A DNA stretch of 63,344 nt, counting the filler, from Intoshia linei (lineage: Eukaryota > Animalia > Orthonectida): the NCBI GenBank assembly GCA_001642005.1. It is 8 parts of 8 records of this genome, joined end to end, with 100 filler letters (N's around TTAATTAATTAA, not from the genome) between each part and the next. Parts side by side here need not be neighbours in the genome. Positions count along the whole stretch, not along the records: positions 8,623 to 30,691 come from LWCA01000618.1; 7 more parts are not named here. One strand, 5' to 3'. Within the stretch, counting starts at the first letter, position 1, and each line of letters starts with the position of its first letter. This document shows, in pieces, positions 12,583 to 25,755 of the stretch. The notes beneath the pieces were generated by a model, which did not search any database, was not told where the DNA came from, and worked only from the letters and a program-made list of their open reading frames with translations. A program made the translations under genes and the position numbers.

Positions 12583-15500
12583 ATGAATAAATATGAGTCT
12601 ATTTATGTTATAGGTATTGATCAAGGAACGTCAAGTTTTAGATCATGGGTTGATTTATTTTTAAAAAATATTTTTTTACATTTGACTAGATATTTGATTG
12701 TCGTAATGGACATTGTGTGTCAAATCATAGTGTTGATACAAAAAGTTTAATTAATGATGAAGGGTATTTGAATATTCATTGTTTCAAACTAAAATTTAAT
12801 GACTAAATTTAAAGTTTTTAATTAGATAATATATTACAATTTATAATACAACTATAATATTTAGATATATTGAACATGATCCATTTGATTTGTGGCAAAA
12901 TGCACAAGATTGCATTGAAACAACAATAAACAAATTTCTTTCTAAACCTGACTGTAAAATTGAACAGATAAAAGGTTCACAAATACTAACTAGTACAATA
13001 ATAAGTTAATGGTGTTAATTTTATCTACACATTATACTATGATATAATGAACTAGAATAAAGATTTTATTTTTAGTTTATAAAAAAACTAAAAAAATGTT
13101 AATTGTGAAAATTGCAACATTTTTAAATTTTTTTTTGAAATATTATGTTCTAAATTATATTTCGTAGCCTCATTGAAATATACCTTTTTTAATTCAAACA
13201 TAATTGTCAAGAAATTCAAAAACATATCCAGTAGATTAGATGTAATTTGAAAAAAATGACAATTTGATGACTAAATCTGAAAAATAATCATTAATGACTC
13301 AGCATTAATCAATTAAGTAATTAACAAAAAACAGCTAAATTTAAGTTTATTTTCATGTTTTTATTAATTTTTTTTACATTAATATTTTTACATGTTAATT
13401 AATATATTTATATTTATATGATATCATCTTTTTTTAGCTATGGGTATCAGTCACCCGCGTGAAACATGTTTATGCTGGAACAAAAATACTCGTAAAGCAT
13501 ATTCAAATGCCATTGGTAATTTTGCATTAATTTCCTATTTGTGTAGTCTAGGTCAGTGGTTCCCAAAAAAATATATTATTGACCTCCCCTAACAGTATAC
13601 AAATGTTTTTAGAGAATATCAATTGGTACAAAATAGTGAATATCTTTATTATATTATTATAACAGCGATTAAAAAAATGTTATCTTTTAATATTACTGGT
13701 TTTATTTTCGTTATAAAGCATACTTTAATATAGTTGACACTAGTGATTGTGCCGGAAAAAAACCGGGACAAAATTCCCGGGATTTACTGAAAAAAATTGA
13801 GACATATTTGTATTTGATTTATGTTTGTTATTAATATGAAAATATGATTATATTATAATATTTAAAATTTACTATTTCAAAAATCTCACCACTAATAATA
13901 TTTAATCAAAAATACCATTTCAAGCCCTCATGGAAAAATTGATTTACACCGATATTCTTTTCAAAAATCCGATTTTACGAAATCTTATGAAAAAAATCCT
14001 GTACTTAATGGAAAAATATCCTTTTTCCAATACTTTTTTAAAAACATATTATTCCAACCACAAATTACTAACACTTAAGAGAATTATCCTCTTTTTCTAA
14101 TATTATTTTTAAAAATATTATGAGTTGTTACGAAGTGGAACGCTATCATCAAAATTTTTAAAATTAAAGGAAGACTTATGACCGTTCAACCTACGTCAAC
14201 ACAAAATGAAAGAAATTTCTCTACTGCTTCTAATTTCGTCTAATGCCTAGTAATTTCGATCTAATAGTCCGCGATTAATTTTATAATTAAAAAGTGTGGG
14301 AACCGCTGGGTTATATAATCAATATACTTGTACTATTTATATTTAATTTGTATTTATATTAGTATACAATGATTTGCGAAGTCAATGCTATATAGATGAT
14401 TTGATAAGTAAAAATGGTTTATTCGCAGTTAGTGTAAGTAATATTAATCATTATTATAATAATAATTTAAAGTTTTTCTATCAGTTAAAAGCCCAGTGTC
14501 ATCATAGATTACCACATAAAAATCATTAACTACGAAAAACAAAATAATTTTTTTTTCATTAGCTGAAATGAGACCTTGCTAATTTTTCTGTTGACCGAAC
14601 ACTTTTGAAGAAATTTATACTATTGTATTCAACTTTGATGTCTTTTTGAATTTTTTTGATCTAAAGTTAATATCATGAACTGATCGACGTAAAATTCAAC
14701 TCTATATTATAAGTTGTATAGAAGAAACTTAATTACTTCACCTTATTAGTAAGGTTAAAAGCCACAGTTATGATTATTTTGAAATTCTAGAACTCTTCAA
14801 TAATCTGGGGTTTTGATTGTGAAACAAAAATTTTTGCGGTTGCTATTTATGATGATGCTCATGATTTTAAAGACAATCTTAAAATGTTTATTTTATAAAA
14901 TTCTAGGTTTTTTTCCATCAAAAAAATATCATTTAAAGTTTTCACCATAAGTTGTAAGTTTCTGAGGTTAAGGTTTACAATAATTTTAGTGTTAAAATCC
15001 GCTTCAAATCTTGTTTTTTAAAAAAATAATTAATTTGGGTTTTTTACTCAGAAATATTCAATTTCTGAAAATAAAATGACCCTGGAAAAACTGTATTAGA
15101 AATTGAGTTTAATAAAATCTAACACTATTAGTTTTTCAATTAAACGGTAACACTGTCAGACTTTTATTTTTATTTATAGTAAGTAAAGAATTTGTGTATT
15201 TTAGGACAAGACTGGTTTACCTCAGGGAACATATTTTTGTGCTTCCAAAATCAAATGGATATTAGACAATTCATCCATGAAAGACGATATAAACAATGGA
15301 GCAGTTTTTGGTAGTATTGATACATGGTTGATTTGGGTTATTTATTTAGAATAGTTTTACTTTATAATCCTTTAGAATTTTCGCAATATAAATCACTTAG
15401 CTTTGAAATATTACATACATTCTAGGAAAAATACACGTCTTTAATTTAGAATTTAACAAACGAATTGAAAACTGATGTCACGAGTGCAGCTAGAACCAAT

Positions 15501-16992
15501 TTATTTAACATAAAAACCTTACGATGGGACGATGAATTGTGTAATTATTATGGAATTCCAATTAATATCCTTCCCATTGTACAAGAATCATTTTCAACTT
15601 TTGGTATTATAAATCATGGTCCATTAAAAGGAGTTCCAATTAAAGTGGTAAATATATCAATATTGATAAAATCATTAATAATTACAATTAATCATGTTTA
15701 GGTACTTGGAGATCAATTTGCTTCACTATATGGTCAAAACTGTATTTTACCAGGAAACACAAAAGTTACGTAAAACATTTTTAAATCCAAATTACACTCC
15801 ACATTGTTCATTTAGCTTGGGAACTGGTGCCAGCTTATTATGTAACATAGGAAAAACTGTGATATATTTGGCTGTACAATTATTAATCTTTTATATAGTT
15901 TCAATATGAAAAAAATGGATTAATGTATACGATAGTTTCACAGATAGAAGGGAATGTTCAATTTGGAGTGGAGGTACTTATAGTGCAATCTTTTCATAAC
16001 TGATGGCTTATTAAAAATAGTTAATTTAACTGTTACAACATGTCTGTTTTTAACGTTTCCTACTGAAAAAATTATTAATTTTAAAATTTCATATACATTA
16101 GGGAGTTATTCCTTGCGCTGGAGCTTCAATCAAATGGTTAATCAATAATTTAAATATTTCACAAAATGAAACGGATATTGGTTTGAATTTGAATGATAAA
16201 TTTATTTTATATTGAATATAATTATATTTGGACCGCAGAGATATTAATTAGTTGAGGCGCAGCGAAGAATTGTCACAATTCCAAATATATTCAATTCAAA
16301 TTCAATTAAAAAAAATAAATTTTATATAAATTCAGAACAACTGATTAATGCAACTAATGATATCAACAACGTTTATTTTGTTTCAACTTTTACTGGTACA
16401 TACACGCCAGATTGGAACACTAAAATGAAAGCGTAATTTTAACTTTAATGTTTACAAAATAAAAAAATAATAATTGTAGATGCATATTGGGTTTATCATT
16501 GAATACAACAATTGGAAATATTGCTAGATCATGTTTAGAAAGTATAGCCTTTCAAATAGCAAGAGTAATACATTATTAACATTAAAATAAGAAAAATTTA
16601 GTTTGCATTGTTGATGGAAAAGTCAAACATAGAAATAAATCAATTAGTTATTGATGGTGGAATGAGTAGTAATAATACCTTGATACAAATGATTGCAAAT
16701 TTAACTAAAATGGACACAGGTTAAATATGTAACTTTAATAGTTTTAACGAATGTAGTTGTTGCATTCAATAAAGAAGCAGGTGTTTATGGAGTTGCTAGG
16801 TTGGCGTCAAGGTCTTTTCATATAACAATGCCCACAGTGAAGAAAAAATCCAAAGTGTATCACCCAAACATGAACGATGATGGTAATTAAGTTAATCAAA
16901 TTATAGAAAAGTATACTATATATACTTTAGAAAGAATAAAAAAAATAAAAATGTGGAATAAGGCATTTAATACTATAAAAGAATTTGAATAG
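12583..16992 (+). CDS. GK: Glycerol kinase paralog B (16 exons, complete, divergent active site)
   Basis: Open frame across 16 GT-AG exons: [97 protein letters not shown], ending MWNKAFNTIKEFE*. Confidence 0.92.
13554..14308. mobile_element. Composite hAT remnant in a GK-B intron
   Basis: Termini CAGTGGTTCCCA / TGGGAACCGCTG. Internal LMTVQPTSTQNERNFSTASNFV (~14175-14240) matches the hAT C-terminal PTS..ERxFS motif. Confidence 0.7.
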
Positions 16993-17050
16993 TAACTTAG
17001 TTAAGTCAAATTCAAGATTAATCCAATACATATTAATTTACTTTTACATA

Positions 17051-17483
17051 TTTTTCTAAAGTTAAGTCAGCATGATTTGAAACGATAAAACTTGATATTC
17101 GAATTATTTAAATTGTGAAAATTTTATTTTCTTGTTAATAAACTAATACATTATTATCTTTCTAAATTTCCTTTTCGATAATTTTACTAGATTTGTCAAG
17201 CCCCAATATTGGCAAATTAGAGAAAACACTGTACATAAAAAACAAAAAAATTTAGTACNTTTTTCTAAAGTTAAGTCAGCATGATTTGAAACGATAAAAC
17301 TTGATATTCGAATTATTTAAATTGTGAAAATTTTATTTTCTTGTTAAAACCAAAAATAAAAAAAATTAATGTTAATAAACTAATACATTAATTTCCTTTT
17401 CGATAATTTTAGTGGATTTGTCAAGCCCCAATATTGGCAAATTAGAGAAAACACTGTACATAAAAAACAAAAAAATTTAGTAC
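17051..17483. repeat. Tandem ~210-bp duplication split by a single N (probably two alleles or an unmerged overlap)
   Basis: 17051-17258 and 17260-17483 are near-identical apart from a few indels and substitutions; lone n at 17259. Confidence 0.85.
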
Positions 17484-17811
17484 AAATGTATATTAAAAAT
17501 GATACAAAATACATATTGATATACACCATAATAAATATATACAATATTCAAATAAAAATATAATAGATATCATTTCCAATCATGTAAAAGCTAAAACAAA
17601 GCTATTATGTTGATAATTATAATTAATAAACATTTTTGGTGGTTCAAGACTTAAATAAGGTTGATCCAAGCAAATTAGAGTTTGGACCAAAAAATTGAAA
17701 AAGTTAAGTATACATTTTTTTCTCTCTTTCAAATACATTTTATAATTGAAAAATTTTCCTTGCTGCCACAACGCGGATACATAGCTAAACTTTACATATC
17801 GCCAAGGTTTT

Positions 17812-18716
17812 CAAAATCAAAAAATTTTAATTCTCCCGTTTGGAATCACCATCTTCAAGAAAACAGTAAATAACAAAATCAAGAACCACCAATTTAAAGT
17901 TACATTTAAATTGCGTTTAGCATAAGAATTTGCTTTTATTTTGTGATCGTCTGATTTAAAAATGTCTGATTTATTTGGAGTAATTGGTATAACTGTGTTG
18001 GCAATAGCATCATTTAATCGAGTGGAATCTAAATTAAGTAAATTGTCTAATTAAATAATTGAATCAATTTTAATTTAAGAAAATACCATCAGCATTTAGA
18101 GATCGATCTGCACAAGTAAACGATCTAGACCGACAAGCTTCTTGGAGTTCTAGGTTTAAGCTTGTGTCATCATATGAGTTATCATTTATCATGTCAATTT
18201 GACTTTGTAAAGCTATTATATAAATAAGATTAAACCAATATTGCAAACAAAAATCTATTGTAATGTACAAGAAAAATACATCAGTGTTTAGTAAGCATTG
18301 TTTACAGTATACGCCTGTCCGTGTACTGTAAATAATATAAAAAAAATTTACACTTAGAGCAAAATTAACATAGCTCGAGGCAACCAAAAATAGGCTAGCT
18401 AGTTTTCAATTTTTTGCTTGGCACACAAAATTTGATGGGTCAGACCGATGGGAAACACTGAAATTATCATAGTATACTTTCAAGTTTACATGTTAATAAA
18501 TAAATATTTCCTGTTAAAATATTATATAAAATAGCGCAATTAAGTTGCCAAGAACAAAATTAAGATTACAATTATTTTGATTAAGACAAGGATCATTGTA
18601 TAAAGTGACGGAACTCTTTTTAGCTGGTACCATTTGTTTAGATTCAATTTTAACAATTGAAGAATTCATCGGTATGTCAAGATTACTCTCACTGTGATTA
18701 TGATTTGTCAGCATTA
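17812..18716 (-). CDS. Hypothetical multi-exon protein with hydrophobic C-terminal tail
   Basis: An exon ending ELQEACRSRSFTCADRSLNAD splices in frame to DSTRLNDAIANTVIP...VTLNWWFLILLFTVFLKMVIPNGRIKIF*. Upstream exons not resolved. Confidence 0.4.
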
Positions 18717-21339
18717 CTAAAAGGTAAATGTTAACAAAATTTTTTTAAATTCCTCATTTTATATAACTTTAAATGGGTCATTTTTGATCAAAAAAATACC
18801 AAATTCTTGTTTTCAAAATTCCAGTTTAATATTTATAAATTTTTAAATGAACTGCGCTATTATGAAAATAAACAAGTAAATATTCATGGTGATGCAAAAT
18901 TCCATTATTAGTGTAATCGTTAGTAACGATTTGTTACACTTGTGCTTTGGAATTTTATTCAAAATTTGTGATGTAAAATACATTGAAATATAATTCATTG
19001 TATGTTTTCAATTAACAAGCCTTATTAATAAAATTCGTATTGAAATGTGAGTGCATTTGATCAGTATGATGCAATAAAACATTCCCCACATTTTAACCGC
19101 CATTTTTATTTGGATTGTCATTACTAATTAATTAAAATGTAGTAGTTAAATTTAGTAGAATTTACAAAAAACTCAATGAAATTGTACTTGATTCTGGATA
19201 TTTTAAAAAAAATCTAAAATCAACCCATAATTAAACATGATAATAAAATTTTAAAATCCCCAAAAAATCAATAAATCTTATTGATAAATTTAATTCTAAT
19301 AACTTAAAACGAAAAATTCAAAACTACAACTAATCTTACTTTTAATTTAATTTATAATTTATTAATTTAATTAATCGTACAAACTATTATAATTATTTTA
19401 ATTTTATACGCAAATGTATAGATTTTACATAATATGTTATATATACATAATTTATTATATTGAATTTCACAAATTCAACAGGAAACGATGAAAATGTATA
19501 TAAATTAAATTTTCCGTTTTAGAAATGTCAAATAACGAATAAAACTAGTAAATCATGTATAAGTAACTACTAAATGCATTTGTACATTAAATATACAAAT
19601 TTGATTTTAAATTTAAATTTAAACAGATTATTGAAATGTTAACTTAAAATTATGTATAATGAGAATGTAATTTATGTTAAAGGTCAACAGATGTTTGTAT
19701 TATTTTACATTACACTAATGAAATATAAAGGTAAAAAAATAAATTGAAAAAGCAAATCTATACAAGTAAAACTGTAAACTGGAATAGAGCAATATTGCAC
19801 AATAGTTAAAATTGTTATAAATTGATTGACGGACATGGTTTTAAATTCATTTAGCATTTTAAGTGAAAGTCATTCAGCCACATAATGGGGTCATTAATTG
19901 CAACTTTGGGATACTTTAATTTTAGATAGAGTAATATTCATTGGTAATGTTTAGCCTTCTGTTTCTAACAAGAACATTATATGCGAGTTGTGTAATATAT
20001 AAATGAATTGAGTTATATCTTTGTAAATACAATACATTTCAACATTTTTAGCGCAAATTTGCACACTAGTGAATATTTATGTTGTTTTCACAATTATTCA
20101 GGTAAGCTATTATTTTAAAACGAAATACGAAATATTTAAAAGGTAGGTTATAGAAAAACTAAGTTTAATCTTATTTAGTCGGACTATTGCCAAATTGCAA
20201 GATTTTATATATTTATTGGAGTAATTTTTTATTTTATTATTAATTTTTCACGCACAGTCAACATATTATTATTGGGTTTTTATTGAGTGAATGGGAATAA
20301 TATGAAAATGGATATTAAAATAAAAAAATTTACATTGATAATTATAAAATTCGGTAGTAGTTTAATGGTAATTTAAATTTTTAGAGGTTCATTTAAATTT
20401 TAAATGAACAATAAAACTTTTTTAAAATGATTATTGATCAATGACACTATTATTTCATTTTAATTTTAATTCATTTCATACTATAAATACAGTGGACTTT
20501 AATTTTATAGAAAAAAGTTGATGATACAGGTTGATTTTATAGATTCAGTTGTATATTTAAAAATTTTATACGTGATTTTATCTACAAAATCTGTATAATT
20601 TATGGCATGATACATGTAACATTATTATATCTGTTTATAACTATTTCATTCCTTTATGAATAAAATGGAACATGTTGATATTTTGCTATATGCTGTATTA
20701 TTTTTACGAGGCATATAATTAAGTAATTTTATAATTGAACAATGTTAATTAGGTTAGGATTCATTATAATAAGATATCTTTTTGTGTAAAAAATTTTCTG
20801 TTCCAAAAATAATATTTAGTAATGGCCTGTGTAGCCATTATGTAATTGAATAAATTAAGAAATTCAAAGTTTCAATTTTATATAATGTTTAATTATATGC
20901 TAAAGTGACTTTCAAACTTAATACATTTGGATTCATTTTATCACCATGCGTGGAACGGTCATCGATGTGGTATGGTACATGTATAATCAAAATGTTTAAT
21001 ATCTGTATTTTTAAATTTAATGGAATATTATTTAAATATTATAATTGTTCGTGTTGTCATGTGAAAATAAAAAAAATATTTGATTGTACGATTAAATGGC
21101 TACATTAATGAAAATTTTTTAATTTTGAAAAAAATGGTCCAATTTTCATAACTAGTCTATGCCCCGCTTAATCTGTCGCTACTATACATTAGAGTTTCAC
21201 ACGTTTTTGAGAAACACGGGTACTTAGTACTCATTGTCTTCAGTTGTACGATATAAATATTACAACAAAATTACTTAAAATCTAATATTCTCATGCAGGA
21301 ACCATTTTAATTATCTCATACAAAATTATTGTATAAATA

Positions 21340-22620
21340 CAGATATCCCTCGATTAGCGCGATTTATAAAACCAGAATTTCAACCACATTTATCTAGCAA
21401 AGTTTGATTTTTTAAAAAATAAATATGGATTTTTCCAAACCATTACATACACAGTGTGTATTACACACTGTGTCAATTTATTTGGCAGATCTAAAAAATT
21501 AAAAAATTCTAAAAAATTTTTTTTGGACAGTGTTCACAATAGTTTACGACAATATTTAAAATGCAAACAAAAAAATCTAATACAATTAAAATTAAAATAA
21601 TTAAATATATAGAAATATTAGTTAATACACAATGTACAAGTGTGTCAAAATAGGCAAATGTAATGAATGGTGAATAAAGTGGAATTTATCATTAAAAATT
21701 AGTTTAAATATTTAATATAATTGCCATGAACTTGTAACACCTTAATGAGCCTAGCATCGATATAATCGGTCAATCTCTTGACACGTTCTGCTATAATTAA
21801 TTTAGACACTTCTTTAATAGCATTGAAAAGGTCATAAAGGAAGTTATACTGAGACCCAACCGAATATAATTTTCTATTGGGTTTAAATCAAGGCTGTTAG
21901 GGGCCAATTCATAAATTTTTCTCCACTAATGCAATTTTCTGAAAAAAATGTTCTAGTAAATAACGATGCATGTGAAGGTGCATTGTCATGCATAAATATG
22001 CACTTATTTCTAAAAATTTCGGTCTTCGAATTTATTCATGGACAGTAATTTTCTTCTCTCTTCTAATAAAGTCGTTATTTGACTTTTTTCATCCATTTTT
22101 AAATCGTTTTTTTGTCCCATTATAAATTTGCTTAATAATTTGACACACTAAATTATGCAAGAAAACGATAAGTAGATAAAAAGTCTTATTGCATATTAAC
22201 TATTTATTTTTTAATGAATAATATTAGCATCTGTTACAAGTCACCGAATTACAAAAAAAATATAAATATTTTGGCTAGATCTTGAGTGTATTACATAGCT
22301 TTATATGATTTACTTAAAAAATTGACACAGTGTGTACAATTGTGCTTTTTGATATATTCGGATGCATTTCGACAATTTTTTCCTTTAATAGCTCAAATTG
22401 TAAAACTAATTCAAGCAAATCTTTATTTTTTAATTCATTTTGTTTTTCCTCTTCCAATTGATAGAGCTCGTTTTGTTCTGATAATTCGATAAGATCATCA
22501 TTATTAAATTCGTTCAAATATAAATTGATTAATTCCTCAACATTGTGTACATTAATGTCATTTAAGCCCTCACGTTCTCTAATTTTAACAGTTTCGTTGA
22601 ATGCGTCTGACGCGGGGTGA
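21340..22620 (-). mobile_element. Tigger/pogo transposon 3' remnant, interrupted by a Tc1 element
   Basis: EGLNDINVHNVEELINLYLNEFNNDDLIEL...HPNISKSTIV resumes as CNGLEKSI beyond the Tc1 insert; terminus TA-CAGATATCCCTCG at 21340. Confidence 0.7.
21464..22334 (-). mobile_element. Internally deleted Tc1 (DD34E-type) element
   Basis: TIR CACACTGTGTCAATTT at both ends with TA flanks; remnant CIFMHDNAPSHAS...PNSLDLNPIE. Confidence 0.88.
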
Positions 22621-22813
22621 ATTGAGAAAAATAATTAGAAAATAATAGACAACATGTCACTAATTATGCTGATTAATAAAATAATAAAAATATAAAATAT
22701 TCTAGACCAGGGTGTTAATTATGGAATTTTCTACCAGCGTTATAATATAAATTTTTATTTTTTAACAAAATGTAAACATTCATGTATTTCTTTTTTTAAA
22801 GTTTTTTTATATA

Positions 22814-23607
22814 CAGGGTGGGCCATAAGTCGCGCACCAAAGAATTAGGTGAAGCTTTCCTCTCCTTGGGTATAAAATACATGTTCTTTTATAGATTAAT
22901 AAAACATTGTTTGTATGTATCTGTTACTATAACTGTTAAAAACTTTCCTTATTATTCGCGCGAAAACCCGCATTGGATGGATCCTACTAAAGAGCACTTA
23001 TGTCCAAAAGTGGTAGTGTGGTACGGACTTTGGAAGAGTGATATTTTGGGTCCATTTTTTTCAACAAGATAGTGACCGGCGAGGTGTACTTGAAAATGCT
23101 ACAAAATGATCTCATACTACAGATGGAGCGCATCGGTGAAGGAAAACCCCTTTGGTTTATGGAAGATGGCGTCCCGCCTCATTACGCAACGATTGTGTGA
23201 AATTGGCTGAATGGCAATTTTGTAAATTGGATTGGACGAAAAGGCACCGTAGAATGGGCACCAAGGTCCCCTGACTTGACCCAATGGATTTTTATTTTTG
23301 GGGCCCCCTCAAACAAATAATTTACTCTACAAGAATTGCAGATGTTGACCATCTTCGCCAGCAGATAATTCGTGGGTGCAATCACATAGATGGAAACAGC
23401 GACTTACTTGATAAAGTTTATGGGAATTTTGAACATCAACTGAAATTGTGCATCAACGCAAATGGCGAGCATTTTAAGCATTTATGATTTTACCAGCGTG
23501 CACAACGTGTTTCTCAGTTCATTAGTTAAGTTTGGTTTAATAAAATAACGTTTATTATTATCAGAATTGTTTTTAATGCTATGGTGCGCGACTTATGGCC
23601 CACCCTA
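22814..23607 (+). mobile_element. Deleted Tc1/mariner element of DD41D (rosa)-like type
   Basis: TIR CAGGGTGGGCCATAAGTCGCGCACCA with TA flanks. Frameshifted transposase KVVVW.G...GPFF, WFMEDGVPPH, WIGRKG..EWAPRSPDLT, DFYFWGPLK; about 40 residues between the second and third Asp. Confidence 0.92.
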
Positions 23608-24209
23608 TATTTTTTATGATTTATTTATTCATGATTACAATTTTACAATTAACAATTAACATTAGTTTACACATATTCCATTATTATTGATTCAAATTTT
23701 GAATGGTTTGAGTAAATATTTTTTTGTGGGTCCGCGTAATAATTTTTTCCATAATTGACCTCCAATCAAATAGAGTCTGACAGCTGATCTAGACCAGGCC
23801 GGGGAGAGGTGGGTTATGTCCCATCTGGCCATGGTCTAGAATCATGAGAGCCTACTTTTTTGATTTAATATTAATTAATGTTGGGAAATTTGTTAAGTAT
23901 ACTAACATTATCGTATAATAAAATGTTCTACTAACAGTTTAATTACTTATTTTTAATTTTTTTATAATGAACGATCAATTAAAGCAAGGTTCCATTTTGA
24001 AAAATAATTTTTATAGGGCCTACAATTTCCATCTGGCTTGTGTCTAATGCTGGCTCTCCATCTCCCTATTATAGATACAGTTTACGGTTAGATTTTACAG
24101 ACATTTTTATAAAATTATAATTTAAAACAACATTATTTATTGAATATGGGTAAAAATATTTTTATCGGTAATTTTTTTTAAATTTTTAACGGTAAATCCT
24201 TACTTATAT

Positions 24210-24645
24210 AAGGGTGTCTACTTAAATCCAACAATTTTTACTAAAATGCAGCCAATTTTACTAACTCTTTAAGGAAAATTCCAGTTTTACCAACCCTAAA
24301 AGGAAAAATCCAATTTTACCGAATTGCAGAGTATCCCATAAAAATTTAGTATCACAAACCAAACAAAGTAAAGTTTATAAATAGAAGGATTATCGATAAA
24401 CAGATGTTATAACCACTTTAATACTTACTCAAACTGATGATGAAACAAATAAAAAATTTTAAAACACAAGTAAAATAATTTATTCATTATGGATTTTTCT
24501 GTCCTTGAAATATTATGATCACAAAATTTAATTTTTATTAGTATTGTATAACTGGATTTTTCCCAAAAGGCTTGGTTAAACTGAAATTTTCCCTAAATGG
24601 CTGATAAATTTTGATTTTTATTAAGAATAGTTGGATTTAATATTT
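24210..24645. mobile_element. Foldback MITE whose arms are built from the ~29-bp minisatellite unit
   Basis: TTAAATCCAAC...GTTGGATTTAA termini with inverted GGAAAATCCAATTTTACCAACCC-type units on both arms. Confidence 0.6.
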
Positions 24646-25755
24646 AATATTCTTTTAATACCGTAAAGTAATTTAGTTAAAAATGTATGTCTGTTCATTT
24701 ATTTGTCTGTTTCAGTTTATTTAAGAAATTAAGTGGAATAGAGTTTGAAAATTCCATATTTTTATTACATTTTTTATAGGGTGATGTTTTATCGCAAGTT
24801 TCATTTTCACAAATTGAGAGCTTCAAGGTGAAAAATCCCACTAATCCTTTTTTTTTAAATTCAAATGAGTCCTAAAATTATGAAAAAGATAAAATCTGAT
24901 AAAGATTTTAAAATAATATACATTATAATTTTCAATTTTAAAATCTTATATCTTCACGGCGAAAACAAAAAATTACAACTAATGGTCGATCAAGAATATC
25001 CGCAGATGTTGTTAATGCATTTATATTCCTAAAATACTATTTCAAAATAATGTAAATACATATCATTTCTGTGTAAATAAATTGTAGAGATTAAATTAGT
25101 TTTGATCTTTAAGTAAAATAATAATAATTATCAATTTTTACAAAATTGTAATAATATAATGAAGGATTTAATGGAGCAAAAAATTAAATAAACACCTTAA
25201 AATTGTTTTGAATCTTTAATCTTTTAGTACCTTCTTGAGAGTTACTTTAGTTTGGTTATAATTGGCAGTTAATTTTTACAATTTATGCAAGTTTTGATAA
25301 GTTAAACTGATACGCTTTTATAATAAAATAAATTTTTTTTGATAAAATCCATTAAACCTTTGCAATCATTACAACTTAATTGTAACGTAAAAATATAAAA
25401 AATCAAAATCAAATTAAAGTGATTTATAAATCTGATAAAATATTAAGACACAATATCAAATGTCAAATTTGCCATAAATGATATATCACTTGTATTTGGT
25501 ATGAAATGAATTTTTTATTTTCATCAACAAACGATACATGTATAACAAACATTGATATATAATTTTAAAAACGCATGATTTAAGGGTAATGCAATTTACA
25601 AATATTGAAAAATGTATATAAAGAAACATTTCATTAATTTACTCAAATAATTATTTATTCAAATTAATACACATTATTTATAGCGAATACTAAAATATAT
25701 TACATTTTTAGATTTAAAAATGTTACCTCTATTCTTGACTTTATAATTTATATTT

